The notes beneath the pieces are model-generated. The model searched no databases, was not told where the DNA came from, and saw only the letters and a program-made list of their open reading frames with translations. Made by a program: the position numbers and the translations under genes. A DNA stretch of 20,000 nt from an uncultured virus (IMG/VR IMGVR_UViG_3300029305_006210) (lineage: Duplodnaviria > Heunggongvirae > Uroviricota > Caudoviricetes), in the IMG/VR virus record IMGVR_UViG_3300029305_006210, positions 56,873-76,872 of that record; one strand, given 5' to 3'. Below, in pieces: positions 1-8,134 of this stretch (positions within the stretch are counted from its first letter, which is position 1; every line of letters starts with the position of its first letter).

Positions 1-316
1 ACACTTCTCCATCATCTGCAAAGAGTATATTAGGATAATCTTCTTCATACCATACTATTCCGCCATTAAAAACTTTTGTCTGATATGATGCAATTTCATA
101 AGGTCTTTGTTCGTGATTTCCATGAATACATAATAATGTAATTGGAATATCATCTTGAATCATACTTTTAATTTGTTTATCTTTATAATCCATAAAATAA
201 TTGATACCTGCATCTCCCAAGATAATCATCACATCATCTTTTGTCGTTCCATTTTCATAACAAAATGTTTCGATCTCATGAAAATATCCATGCGTATCAC
301 CAGTTATATAAACCAT
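1..316 (-). CDS. Calcineurin-like metallophosphoesterase (runs off the window edge)
   Basis: Manual translation from ATG at 316: MVYITGDTHG...IILGDAGINY...CIHGNHEQRP, giving the DxH, GD and GNHE motifs. RBS AAGGAG at about 325-330. Not in the ORF track. Confidence 0.9.
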   Translation of the reverse strand, partial: MVYITGDTHGYFHEIETFCYENGTTKDDVMIILGDAGINYFMDYKDKQIKSMIQDDIPITLLCIHGNHEQRPYEIASYQTKVFNGGIVWYEEDYPNILFADDGEV

Positions 317-328
317 TTTTTTTACTCC

Positions 329-622
329 TTATACATCAAGAAATTCTAATAAATCGTCTTGACTAATATTTACCTCACCGTCCGTCCAATCAATTGTATC
401 GTAGCCAAATATAAATCCAGGTTCTTTGCCAATATTATCAGCAGGCACTCCTACAAAACCCATACTATTAGGGCCACCTATTGCTCTAATATAGACATAA
501 GAACCTCTGAGATTATAACATTTATCATCCACTATGTACGTCGAATACATTTCACCAAGTTGTATGTCATCTCTAATACGAATTATATTTCCTTCCTTAA
601 AATCAGGATGTTTAAATTTCAT
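329..622 (-). CDS. Small phage protein, SH3-like family (K.G.xxRxRxDL), with C-terminal LxxFL tag
   Basis: FKEGNIIRIRDDI; ends ISQDDLLEFLDV. Confidence 0.75.
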   Translation of the reverse strand: MKFKHPDFKEGNIIRIRDDIQLGEMYSTYIVDDKCYNLRGSYVYIRAIGGPNSMGFVGVPADNIGKEPGFIFGYDTIDWTDGEVNISQDDLLEFLDV

Positions 623-626
623 ATTA

Positions 627-929
627 TCACACTCCTAAAAAATTGAATAAATCACATATATCTATGGCAAGATCAGGGCTTAAAATGTTATATTCTGATA
701 AATCAAACATCTCTGTGGTCCAAAACCAACCTCCTGCTTCTTTAACATAAAATTTCCCATTTAGACCTATCGCTGTTATAGTTACACGTTTTCCAGCAAA
801 CTTTACCATTTGAGGAGTCGCAAAATCAGCGGCAGTGTTATAATTTTCATATGTTTTTCCTTGCAAATCTGATCTTACTAACACTTTATCGCCCACTTCA
901 GGCACAAGTAGACCTTTAATATATTTCAT
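627..929 (-). CDS. Small phage protein, SH3-like family, with C-terminal LxxFL tag
   Basis: EVGDKVLVRSDL...WFWTTEMF; ends IDICDLFNFLGV. Confidence 0.8.
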   Translation of the reverse strand: MKYIKGLLVPEVGDKVLVRSDLQGKTYENYNTAADFATPQMVKFAGKRVTITAIGLNGKFYVKEAGGWFWTTEMFDLSEYNILSPDLAIDICDLFNFLGV

Positions 930-951
930 TTTTTAATTACCTCTTTTTTTT

Positions 952-1169
952 ATATTCTCTAATCTAAATATTATTTGGATACCGAGAAGGCTGCTTAACG
1001 CGTGACGTCATCCGGAAGATTCCGGTGAGAAAGTTGTGTTATTTCGCATATGCGGATGGGCTCAGTGACCTGGAGACCTGCGTGCTCCTTCCTGGTTATT
1101 TATGAACAATTCGAAAACTCTGATTACACCAAGAGCTGTTTTTTAAAAAAACAATGCATTAGAAAATAT
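952..1169 (-). ncRNA. Retron-like msr/msd element A
   Basis: Terminal inverted repeat ATATTTTCTAAT (1169-1158) / ATTAGAGAATAT (963-952), unpaired G at 1157, a small hairpin, then AGCTCT-TGGTGTAATC-AGAGTT (1137-1116). GC-rich structured interior. Confidence 0.75.
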
Positions 1170-1172
1170 TAA

Positions 1173-1574
1173 TTATATATTTAAAAAATTCATTAAACTG
1201 TTTTGATATATTACCATTTTAGGCACTTTTTCAAATTCAATATCTGTAAATAGATAGTCTGTAATCTCAGTCCCATTGTCTAAACTACTACTTCCATCGC
1301 AGTGAATATGCAGTATTCCATCACAATCTTCTGCACAATAAATAGAAACCCACTCATTAAATTCAAACTCAAATACTTCTCTTTCTTTAACCCTTTTTAA
1401 ATCGTCTAAGAGCGTGGAATTTGAATATACTGTTATATCTAAAAAACTTTCTAAATATAACATTGTTTGCAGAAACTCTTCTCTTGTCTCACATATTATT
1501 CCAATGGCTTCTGGGTTTGTCCAATGTAATAAAAATCTATTAATATCAAATTTAATTTTTTCTCCGACTGCCAT
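1173..1574 (-). CDS. Hypothetical protein with C-terminal LxxFL tag
   Basis: 133 aa, RBS AGGAG; KFDINRF near the N-terminus resembles the MYDIDRF family; ends IYQNSLMNFLNI. Confidence 0.75.
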   Translation of the reverse strand: MAVGEKIKFDINRFLLHWTNPEAIGIICETREEFLQTMLYLESFLDITVYSNSTLLDDLKRVKEREVFEFEFNEWVSIYCAEDCDGILHIHCDGSSSLDNGTEITDYLFTDIEFEKVPKMVIYQNSLMNFLNI

Positions 1575-1601
1575 AACTAAAATCTCCTTATTGTTTAAAT
1601 T

Positions 1602-1934
1602 TTATTGATCTAAGAAAGAAAATAAATCTTGAGAAGAGATATTTATTTCCATTACAGGTTCTAACATTTGATCATTAAACACCCACGTTTTTATACCTTT
1701 TAATCTATAAAATTTCTCATGGCCTTCTAATTGCATTACTTCAGTTTCCATGCCACGGAAACATTCCATTTCTTCGGCAAAATGAAGAGGTGAATCACCT
1801 TGGTATAAATAAAGATGATCATCAAAATCGTAATCATCTTTTCCATTTGGAAATTTTGAATTATAATATAATCCACCTATCAAATCTTGTCTTATTCTAA
1901 CTGTGTCACACACTTTAAAATTCTTACAACTCAT
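1602..1934 (-). CDS. Small phage protein, SH3-like family, with C-terminal LxxFL tag
   Basis: FKVCDTVRIRQDL...WVFNDQML; ends ISSQDLFSFLDQ. Confidence 0.8.
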   Translation of the reverse strand: MSCKNFKVCDTVRIRQDLIGGLYYNSKFPNGKDDYDFDDHLYLYQGDSPLHFAEEMECFRGMETEVMQLEGHEKFYRLKGIKTWVFNDQMLEPVMEINISSQDLFSFLDQ

Positions 1935-1936
1935 AA

Positions 1937-2197
1937 TTACCCCTTTAAAAAATTTTGCAAATCTTCAAGTTTTATTTCTTGAGGCCAATAAATTTGTTCA
2001 CCAAATGCTATTTCATAAGCTTTTAAAATTTCTTCTTTTGTCATATCAAAAGTATCATCATCATAAGATTTTAGAGTTTCAAACGAAGTACCACGTCCGC
2101 ATCTATGATCATTCCACTCTCTATCTATCGGACACTGTGAACAAAAAATTGGCGAACAAAATTCATTTAATTTTTTACGATATTTAATTAGTTCCAT
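1937..2197 (-). CDS. Cys-rich small protein (C..CxxC..CGRGT), possibly metal-binding, with LxxFL tag
   Basis: Paralog of 2199..2450; ends IKLEDLQNFLKG. Confidence 0.8.
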   Translation of the reverse strand: MELIKYRKKLNEFCSPIFCSQCPIDREWNDHRCGRGTSFETLKSYDDDTFDMTKEEILKAYEIAFGEQIYWPQEIKLEDLQNFLKG

Positions 2198-2198
2198 A

Positions 2199-2450
2199 TT
2201 AGTTTCCTAAAAATTCATTTAAGCTTTCTAAAGATATATTATCAATAATTATTGTTATATCTTTATTAAATACAGTTTTATATATCCTGATGATTTCTTC
2301 ATCTGACATATCATATTGATCATTATTTTTTTTAAAAGTAAAATGCGTACCACGCCCACATCTATATTTAGCACCTTCTAAAATACAATTATCACACGTT
2401 CTTTTACTATCGCAGAAGCGCGAGAGTTCTTTCCTATATTTTGTTAACAT
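2199..2450 (-). CDS. Cys-rich small protein (C..CxxC..CGRGT) with LxxFL tag
   Basis: KYRKELSRFC..CDNC..RCGRGTHF..YDMSDEEI aligns with its neighbour; ends ISLESLNEFLGN. Confidence 0.8.
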   Translation of the reverse strand: MLTKYRKELSRFCDSKRTCDNCILEGAKYRCGRGTHFTFKKNNDQYDMSDEEIIRIYKTVFNKDITIIIDNISLESLNEFLGN

Positions 2451-2458
2451 ATCTCCCC

Positions 2459-2779
2459 CTACATTAAAAAATCCATCAATTTTGATTTTGATGGAAAGAT
2501 AGCAGAACTACATTCTGGAGTTAAGTTTAAAATATGTTTAATTTGATAGCCTTTTTGAATACATTCGTATCTAAGTCTTGTTTTCCTTTTCAGCAAATTA
2601 TTATGACAAACTGATCCTAAGTAACATATTTCAGGTTCTATAATAATTACACCACGATTTTTTTGTTGCTTACTAAATGAGATTTCAACATTGTAATTTT
2701 TTACAATCCATTCGCAGGCTATTTTAAATTGTTCATATGTATCAAATAAAATTATTAATTTATTATGCTTTTTCTTCAT
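2459..2779 (-). CDS. Hypothetical protein with LxxFL tag
   Basis: Ends FPSKSKLMDFLM; 4-bp overlap with the upstream gene. Confidence 0.75.
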   Translation of the reverse strand: MKKKHNKLIILFDTYEQFKIACEWIVKNYNVEISFSKQQKNRGVIIIEPEICYLGSVCHNNLLKRKTRLRYECIQKGYQIKHILNLTPECSSAIFPSKSKLMDFLM

Positions 2780-3162
2780 ATTTCTAAAAAATCTTTTAAA
2801 GATATCTCAGATGGGAAAACGCCGTATACTAATTCGCTACAAGTAATCGTTTTATGAGTTATAAATTTTCGTCCTTCATTAAATAAAGGATATGTAATAT
2901 AATCATCTGGTGAATAATTTTGTGTTGCTCGTACATATTCTTTACATCTAATAAACATAGAACTACCTGCCTCGAAAAATAAAGCATACTCATCGTCTTC
3001 GGTCATTGCATATTCCATATGATCAGTCCAATCTGTATAACCTGAGGTATTTTCATTACCTGTACACCATTTTACTTCCGGATGATGGATTTCTAACCAT
3101 TGTAATGCATCAAAAACTTCGCTTTTATTATTACAAACAATAGCAGCATAATTAAAAGCCAT
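2776..3162 (-). CDS. Hypothetical protein, WxxG family, with LxxFL tag
   Basis: LQWLEIHHPEVKWCTG; ends FPSEISLKDFLEI. Confidence 0.8.
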   Translation of the reverse strand: MAFNYAAIVCNNKSEVFDALQWLEIHHPEVKWCTGNENTSGYTDWTDHMEYAMTEDDEYALFFEAGSSMFIRCKEYVRATQNYSPDDYITYPLFNEGRKFITHKTITCSELVYGVFPSEISLKDFLEI

Positions 3163-3166
3163 AACT

Positions 3167-3529
3167 TTACTCCTTTAAAAAATATAGTAAATCATCTTTT
3201 GAAATTGTATTTATAGGTAAAATATCCTTAGCATTAAAAATATGAGTTTTTCTCAGATTATTTACATGACATATATCACTAAAATATGATTGGCCGTGAC
3301 ATTTTTTTGATCTAAAAAATACAAAAGACTTTTTTAATAAATTGCTCTGTTTTATACATAACACTATTTCATCGTCATGTGGTATTTCACAATTAAGTAT
3401 GATTTCATGAAAAGTTGAAACTAATAGTTCATTTGATTTCCAACGTAACTTCGGGTAAACCCTTTCTAGATGACTAAGACATTGAAGAGCTTCATTAATT
3501 CCAAAGCATTTATATATTTCTTTTATCAT
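3167..3529 (-). CDS. Hypothetical protein, WxxG-related family, with LxxFL tag
   Basis: LSHLERVYPKLRWKS; ends ISKDDLLYFLKE. Confidence 0.75.
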   Translation of the reverse strand: MIKEIYKCFGINEALQCLSHLERVYPKLRWKSNELLVSTFHEIILNCEIPHDDEIVLCIKQSNLLKKSFVFFRSKKCHGQSYFSDICHVNNLRKTHIFNAKDILPINTISKDDLLYFLKE

Positions 3530-3541
3530 AATAATGCCTTT

Positions 3542-3844
3542 CTATATTAAAAAATCCATCAAATCGGAATTTGACGGAAATTTCATTGTGGAGTTTATTA
3601 TTTTTTGTATTGTAATTTCTGATTTAGGTGCTATTTTAGATGTTACTAAGTTAAATCGATCACACCAACACAGCTCATTATTATATACCATTAAATACAT
3701 TGGAAATTTTAATACTTTTGGTCGATGTTTTGTAGGTTTTCCTAATCCTAATACCCAATGCAACTCTGGATATTTATATTCAAGATAGTTTAATGCCATA
3801 TTAACTTCAGAATAACTATCACATTTTATAAAATAATTTTTCAT
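3542..3844 (-). CDS. Hypothetical protein, WxxG family, with LxxFL tag
   Basis: LNYLEYKYPELHWVLGLGKPT; ends FPSNSDLMDFLI. Confidence 0.8.
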   Translation of the reverse strand: MKNYFIKCDSYSEVNMALNYLEYKYPELHWVLGLGKPTKHRPKVLKFPMYLMVYNNELCWCDRFNLVTSKIAPKSEITIQKIINSTMKFPSNSDLMDFLI

Positions 3845-4234
3845 TTAATCCTCCAAAAATTCAAGCAAATCCAACTTTGATGGATATTCTATAGGTTGAT
3901 ACTTATAAAATGGATAACGCGTTTCCTTATAATCAATAGAAGATTTTGTATAAAAATTTATATAATATCGCGGAAATTTATATGTGAATTTAATAAATTT
4001 TCTTATTTGAAAAACATTTCTCCTATCATTCCATTCCCAATCCTCACTGGTTAACCAATCGCTAGGTATTCCTTTACGTATTGATAATGCCTTCGCCCCT
4101 TTAATTCTCGGCATCCATTTGATTCTTGTTTGATGCTCTATATCTTTTAAAAGACTTGCAAATTCATTATAATTTTTAACCTCAATGACAAAGGGTGCTG
4201 GAAATTCCAGTTTAATTATTTTTTTAATATTCAT
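3845..4234 (-). CDS. Hypothetical protein, WxxG-related family, with LxxFL tag
   Basis: LKDIEHQTRIKW; ends YPSKLDLLEFLED. Confidence 0.75.
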   Translation of the reverse strand: MNIKKIIKLEFPAPFVIEVKNYNEFASLLKDIEHQTRIKWMPRIKGAKALSIRKGIPSDWLTSEDWEWNDRRNVFQIRKFIKFTYKFPRYYINFYTKSSIDYKETRYPFYKYQPIEYPSKLDLLEFLED

Positions 4235-4566
4235 TATATATCACCTATAAATTTCAATAATTCTTCTTGCGAAGGAAATATACAATTTTCATCTTTACAT
4301 TGATAAAATACAACATCTGACCATGGAATTTCATCATAATATTTGGAACATCCCATACTACCAAAGCTAATACTAATGTATCCAGGGATAAATGCAGGAG
4401 TGTATCCAGTTGGTCTTTCTCCGGCATGCCATCTTATTTCAGTTTCTCTTTCTATAAAAGAAAGCACCTTATTTGCCTCTTGTAATGTTTGATAAAGGAC
4501 TCGAATATCTTCGCGCTCATTTTTTATATATGCGACTAAATCATCAAAACTAATTGTTTCTATCAT
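4234..4566 (-). CDS. Hypothetical protein, WxxG family, with LxxFL tag
   Basis: LSFIERETEIRWHAGERPT; ends FPSQEELLKFIGDI. Confidence 0.8.
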   Translation of the reverse strand: MIETISFDDLVAYIKNEREDIRVLYQTLQEANKVLSFIERETEIRWHAGERPTGYTPAFIPGYISISFGSMGCSKYYDEIPWSDVVFYQCKDENCIFPSQEELLKFIGDI

Positions 4567-4582
4567 TTTATGCTCCTTAATT

Positions 4583-4900
4583 TTAATTTAAAATATCCAT
4601 CAACATAGACTCTGATGGATATTTATATAAAAGGTCTGATGCATTAATAACTTTGAAATCCAAGTATCGTGTAGGAATATTGCCATTTATAAATAAATTA
4701 TATTTTTCACTACTTTCATCTTTGGTAAGACTATTTCCTCTAAGATATAATATACCTTGTCCTTTAAATATAGCGCTAGGTTTATAATCTAATGAATCGC
4801 CAGTACACCATTTTATAAGTGGATAGTTATTAGCCAGCCACTTTAAACATGGCTCACATTCTCCATTATCACACATAATAATAGTTTTATTTTCTATCAT
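4583..4900 (-). CDS. Hypothetical protein, WxxG family, with LxxFL-like tag
   Basis: LKWLANNYPLIKWCTG; ends YPSESMLMDILN. Confidence 0.8.
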   Translation of the reverse strand: MIENKTIIMCDNGECEPCLKWLANNYPLIKWCTGDSLDYKPSAIFKGQGILYLRGNSLTKDESSEKYNLFINGNIPTRYLDFKVINASDLLYKYPSESMLMDILN

Positions 4901-4902
4901 AA

Positions 4903-5211
4903 TTAAGCCTCCAAAAATTTTGTTAACGACGCTTCATCTGGTAGTGGTAATATAACTTCATTAAATACAGATTCAATTTCATCAAAACCTATATATACAT
5001 CTATTATCATTGATAAATCACTCCTTTTTCGCACCCAACTTAATTGATTATTGTTAATGATAAATATTGCATCCCCTTGTATAACTAACGCTTCTGTTGG
5101 ACGTCGTCCAGATGTCTTCCATCTAACCATTGGTAAATTAGCTTCAATAACTTCTAAACACGCTCTTGATTGATTACTATTTTTGCAGCAAATTGCAATA
5201 TTTTTATTCAT
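4903..5211 (-). CDS. Hypothetical protein, WxxG family, with LxxFL tag
   Basis: VRWKTSGRRPT; ends LPDEASLTKFLEA. Confidence 0.8.
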   Translation of the reverse strand: MNKNIAICCKNSNQSRACLEVIEANLPMVRWKTSGRRPTEALVIQGDAIFIINNNQLSWVRKRSDLSMIIDVYIGFDEIESVFNEVILPLPDEASLTKFLEA

Positions 5212-5216
5212 ATTTT

Positions 5217-5555
5217 TTACCTATTCAAAAATTCCACCAAACTACTTTCTGATGGCAAAATATTATAAGAAATATTATATTGTCTTTCTAAATCGCCAAA
5301 TTCAATAATCTTGCAATCAGAATACATATCAGCACAATAAACTTTATCATCAAATAATTTTCCATAAGTTAGGCGAAAATCTTTTATATAAAAGGCTACT
5401 CCTTTTTTAAAAATTTTAGATAAATAACTTGAAACAGGATTTATCGGACTATTCCCTGATCGCCATCTTACAGTAGTTTCATTTTCAAGAAACTGTAGAA
5501 AAACATCTGATTCTTCTTGATTTCTACATACGACTATCATATTGTTTATTATCAT
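5217..5555 (-). CDS. Hypothetical protein, WxxG family, with LxxFL tag
   Basis: FLQFLENETTVRWRSGNSP; ends LPSESSLVEFLNR. Confidence 0.8.
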   Translation of the reverse strand: MIINNMIVVCRNQEESDVFLQFLENETTVRWRSGNSPINPVSSYLSKIFKKGVAFYIKDFRLTYGKLFDDKVYCADMYSDCKIIEFGDLERQYNISYNILPSESSLVEFLNR

Positions 5556-5587
5556 AAAATTTACCTATTTTACACCATATAACTATA

Positions 5588-5905
5588 TTAACTTTCTAAA
5601 AATTCCAATAGACTATTTTGTGAAATGAATTTAAAATTCATTATTTTACAAAATTCATCGAAACTCAAATTAGTTTCAGGGTTAAGAAATTTTGCTACTT
5701 CATCTAAATAATCCCATGATAATCTATCATCTTCTATAAAAAAGACAACCTGATGTGTTATGGGAAATGCTATTTTAAGAGTTGGTATCTTATGCCCTGT
5801 TTGCCATTTTACATCTGTAAATTCGTAAAGCAATTGTAAAAAAGTTTCAACTTCCACCTTTTCCATACATGTTACTGTTATATTATTTAATTTCATAACT
5901 TTCAC
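5588..5905 (-). CDS. Hypothetical protein, WxxG family, with LxxFL tag
   Basis: FLQLLYEFTDVKWQTGHKIPT; ends ISQNSLLEFLES; true start may be the ATG at 5896. Confidence 0.75.
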   Translation of the reverse strand: MKVMKLNNITVTCMEKVEVETFLQLLYEFTDVKWQTGHKIPTLKIAFPITHQVVFFIEDDRLSWDYLDEVAKFLNPETNLSFDEFCKIMNFKFISQNSLLEFLES

Positions 5906-6163
5906 CTATTTTAAGAAGTCCATCAAATTTTCCTTTGATGGAAAAGTAGTATTTCCGAGGTCTAACATCTCAAAAGTATAATACCATGAATAAGTGTTTG
6001 TCTTTAGATATACCGACCTCTTTAAAATTTCAAGCACTTCAAAACCTTGAAATTTCAACGGTTTCATTCCTTCCCAATAAGGCAAACCGTTATATTCTTG
6101 ACCAATTACCAAATCTTGTCTCAAATAGACGATATCTCCCACTTTTATGCCTGGATTTACCAT
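5906..6163 (-). CDS. Small phage protein, SH3-like family, with LxxFL tag
   Basis: IKVGDIVYLRQDL...WYYTFEML; ends FPSKENLMDFLK. Confidence 0.8.
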   Translation of the reverse strand: MVNPGIKVGDIVYLRQDLVIGQEYNGLPYWEGMKPLKFQGFEVLEILKRSVYLKTNTYSWYYTFEMLDLGNTTFPSKENLMDFLK

Positions 6164-6164
6164 T

Positions 6165-6446
6165 TTAGTCCTCCAAGAATTCCATCAAAGACGCATTTGA
6201 TGGAAAAGTATAATTATATGCAAATACATCTTGATATTCAAAAGCTATTCTACGTTCGCTTATAGCTGTTACATACACACCATCATCATATACATAGTAT
6301 GTATTTACATACTCCTCATATAATTCTGTTGGAGCTTGTATAAATAATCCTTGTTCTTTTACTAGACGTAAAAATGTTCTAACATCTTCAACTGTTCTAA
6401 TATACACAGAAGATTTTCCGTCTACCCAAGATTCCCAATCAAACAT
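6165..6446 (-). CDS. Hypothetical protein with LxxFL tag (distant MxDxxxF family)
   Basis: Starts MFDWESW; ends FPSNASLMEFLED. Confidence 0.75.
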   Translation of the reverse strand: MFDWESWVDGKSSVYIRTVEDVRTFLRLVKEQGLFIQAPTELYEEYVNTYYVYDDGVYVTAISERRIAFEYQDVFAYNYTFPSNASLMEFLED

Positions 6447-6448
6447 AA

Positions 6449-6751
6449 TTATTCTCCTAAAAATTGCTTCAAGCTGGACTCAGAAATTTTTGTAATAATA
6501 AGCAGATCTGCTGCTTTAATAGACTCCCAACCATACTGTACATGGAAGTCATCGGGGCCCATTAGTATACGTTTTCTATCCTCCCAGTTATATACAACAG
6601 CATATGGCTGTTTATTTATAACATCTTCCCAAAAGCTTGATTTTTGACCTATTCCTCTTTTTGCGCAACAATCTGCAAAATCTAATATTTCTTGTTCATT
6701 ATCAAAATTTACACTTAATTTTTCATTTATAAATCTGTCAATATCGTACAT
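6449..6751 (-). CDS. Hypothetical protein, MYDIDRF paralog family, with LxxFL tag
   Basis: MYDIDRF...YGW...DL; ends ISESSLKQFLGE. Confidence 0.8.
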   Translation of the reverse strand: MYDIDRFINEKLSVNFDNEQEILDFADCCAKRGIGQKSSFWEDVINKQPYAVVYNWEDRKRILMGPDDFHVQYGWESIKAADLLIITKISESSLKQFLGE

Positions 6752-6766
6752 GATTTTTGAACTCCT

Positions 6767-6986
6767 ATTTTTTCTAATCTAAATTATCATGAAGGCGACG
6801 TATCCGGATGGCATATATTACATTTTTGCAAGCGAAGTATTGATTACGTCTTGCGAGTTTAGCTATTTGTGGTTGTATAAGGTGTTGGAATTCCAACCTG
6901 ATACTCATTTGCCCGAAAGTATCATCACGAGCTGCGAGACCAGATCTTGATGATCCTCCATGTCACTCCTTGACAATATGAAAATT
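6767..6986 (-). ncRNA. Divergent or partial retron-like element B
   Basis: Same 3' end as A and C (GATAATTTAGATTAGAAA), same ~220 nt size, 5' hairpin TGTCA-AGGAG-TGACA and many internal hairpins, but no GGTGTAATC hairpin and only weak terminal pairing. Confidence 0.5.
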
Positions 6987-7277
6987 TTATTCTTTTAAAA
7001 AATCCATCAGATTTTGCTCTGACGGATATTTCTCTTTTATTATTAAATCAGAAAATGGAATTATATCCCATCCATGTTTTAATAAAAAATTATTTTTCGC
7101 ACATGTATCTATATAGTTATGTCCTGACCACCCATATAAATATTTCCAATGTGAATAGTATGGCATTGTTACAGGTATATTGTTATTGCTACATATAACA
7201 CAGAAGGTTATATATTCATCCTCATTTTTAAACTTAAGGGCGATATTATCATGTTTAAATCTATCAATGTCGTACAT
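6987..7277 (-). CDS. Hypothetical protein, MYDIDRF paralog family, with LxxFL tag
   Basis: Close paralog of 7521..7808; ends YPSEQNLMDFLKE. Confidence 0.8.
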   Translation of the reverse strand: MYDIDRFKHDNIALKFKNEDEYITFCVICSNNNIPVTMPYYSHWKYLYGWSGHNYIDTCAKNNFLLKHGWDIIPFSDLIIKEKYPSEQNLMDFLKE

Positions 7278-7291
7278 AATAATCTCCTATA

Positions 7292-7511
7292 AATTTCTCT
7301 CTAATCTAATTATCGTAAGGAGGATCTGCTCTTCCTGGCAAAAAACCGGCGTGATTGGATTGTTAGTTGCCCACTTTCCTATAGAAAATTATTCTATTGC
7401 CAGCTTTGTGTGCGGGCCCTGCAGCTGGGTCGTCCCCCATTCTGCTCTGGCCATGTGAAAACCTTGATAACACCTAAGGCCACCTTTTTAAAGTAATACA
7501 TTAGAGAAATT
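7292..7511 (-). ncRNA. Retron-like msr/msd element C
   Basis: Terminal inverted repeat TCTCTAAT (7507-7500) / ATTAGAGA (7305-7298), G at 7499, hairpin GGCCTT-AGGTGTTATC-AAGGTT (7481-7460), GC-rich hairpin interior. Confidence 0.75.
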
Positions 7512-7520
7512 ATTGTAATT

Positions 7521-7808
7521 TTATTCTTTTAAAAAATCCATCAAATCTTGTTTTAACGGAAAATTTGGTATTATTAGTTCAGAAAAATTGTATATTATCC
7601 ATCCTTTAACTGTTAAAAAATTATCTGATGAACATGTTTGTATTTTTCTCACTCCATTAAATCCATATAAATAAGTTTTTTTTAAACTGTAGTTACAAGT
7701 ATTAATGATTTGATTTTTTTTGCAAATACCTTCAAATATCATATATTCATCTTTATTTGCAAACCGAATAGCAATTTTTTCATATTTAAATCTATCAATA
7801 TCAAACAT
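7521..7808 (-). CDS. Hypothetical protein, MYDIDRF paralog family, with LxxFL tag
   Basis: MFDIDRFKYEKIAIRF; ends FPLKQDLMDFLKE. Confidence 0.8.
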   Translation of the reverse strand: MFDIDRFKYEKIAIRFANKDEYMIFEGICKKNQIINTCNYSLKKTYLYGFNGVRKIQTCSSDNFLTVKGWIIYNFSELIIPNFPLKQDLMDFLKE

Positions 7809-8130
7809 TATCTTCCTCCAAAAAGTTTAATAGAGTATCCTTCGATATTTGTTTGCTCACCATTAAATCCTTAACAAATATAAATGGTTTATCTCCTCTA
7901 TATGTTGACATTGCACCATATCTTAACTTTAATAAAGAACTCCCTTCATTTGTTCCGTATCTTACATATGGATTTTGTGATGACTTAAACTTGTTACTAA
8001 TTATTCTTTTGAGAAATTTATAATCACCTCTTAAATTATTTTTTTGTGAGATGTCAAGAACATAATCCATTTCTTTTTCATTTATTACTACTATTGGATA
8101 ACCATTCTTCAAATAATATATTAAATCCAT
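7801..8130 (-). CDS. Hypothetical protein with LxxFL tag
   Basis: Ends ISKDTLLNFLEEDNV; overlaps the next gene by 8 bp. Confidence 0.75.
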   Translation of the reverse strand: MDLIYYLKNGYPIVVINEKEMDYVLDISQKNNLRGDYKFLKRIISNKFKSSQNPYVRYGTNEGSSLLKLRYGAMSTYRGDKPFIFVKDLMVSKQISKDTLLNFLEEDNV

Positions 8131-8134
8131 TTTT

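Noticed and set aside
329..8130. C-terminal motif as a by-product of the next gene's RBS
   Set aside because: An overlapping AGGAG explains only the last KE/ED/GE residues, not PSxxxLxxFL; the motif persists in genes followed by long spacers (1173, 6987, 7521)
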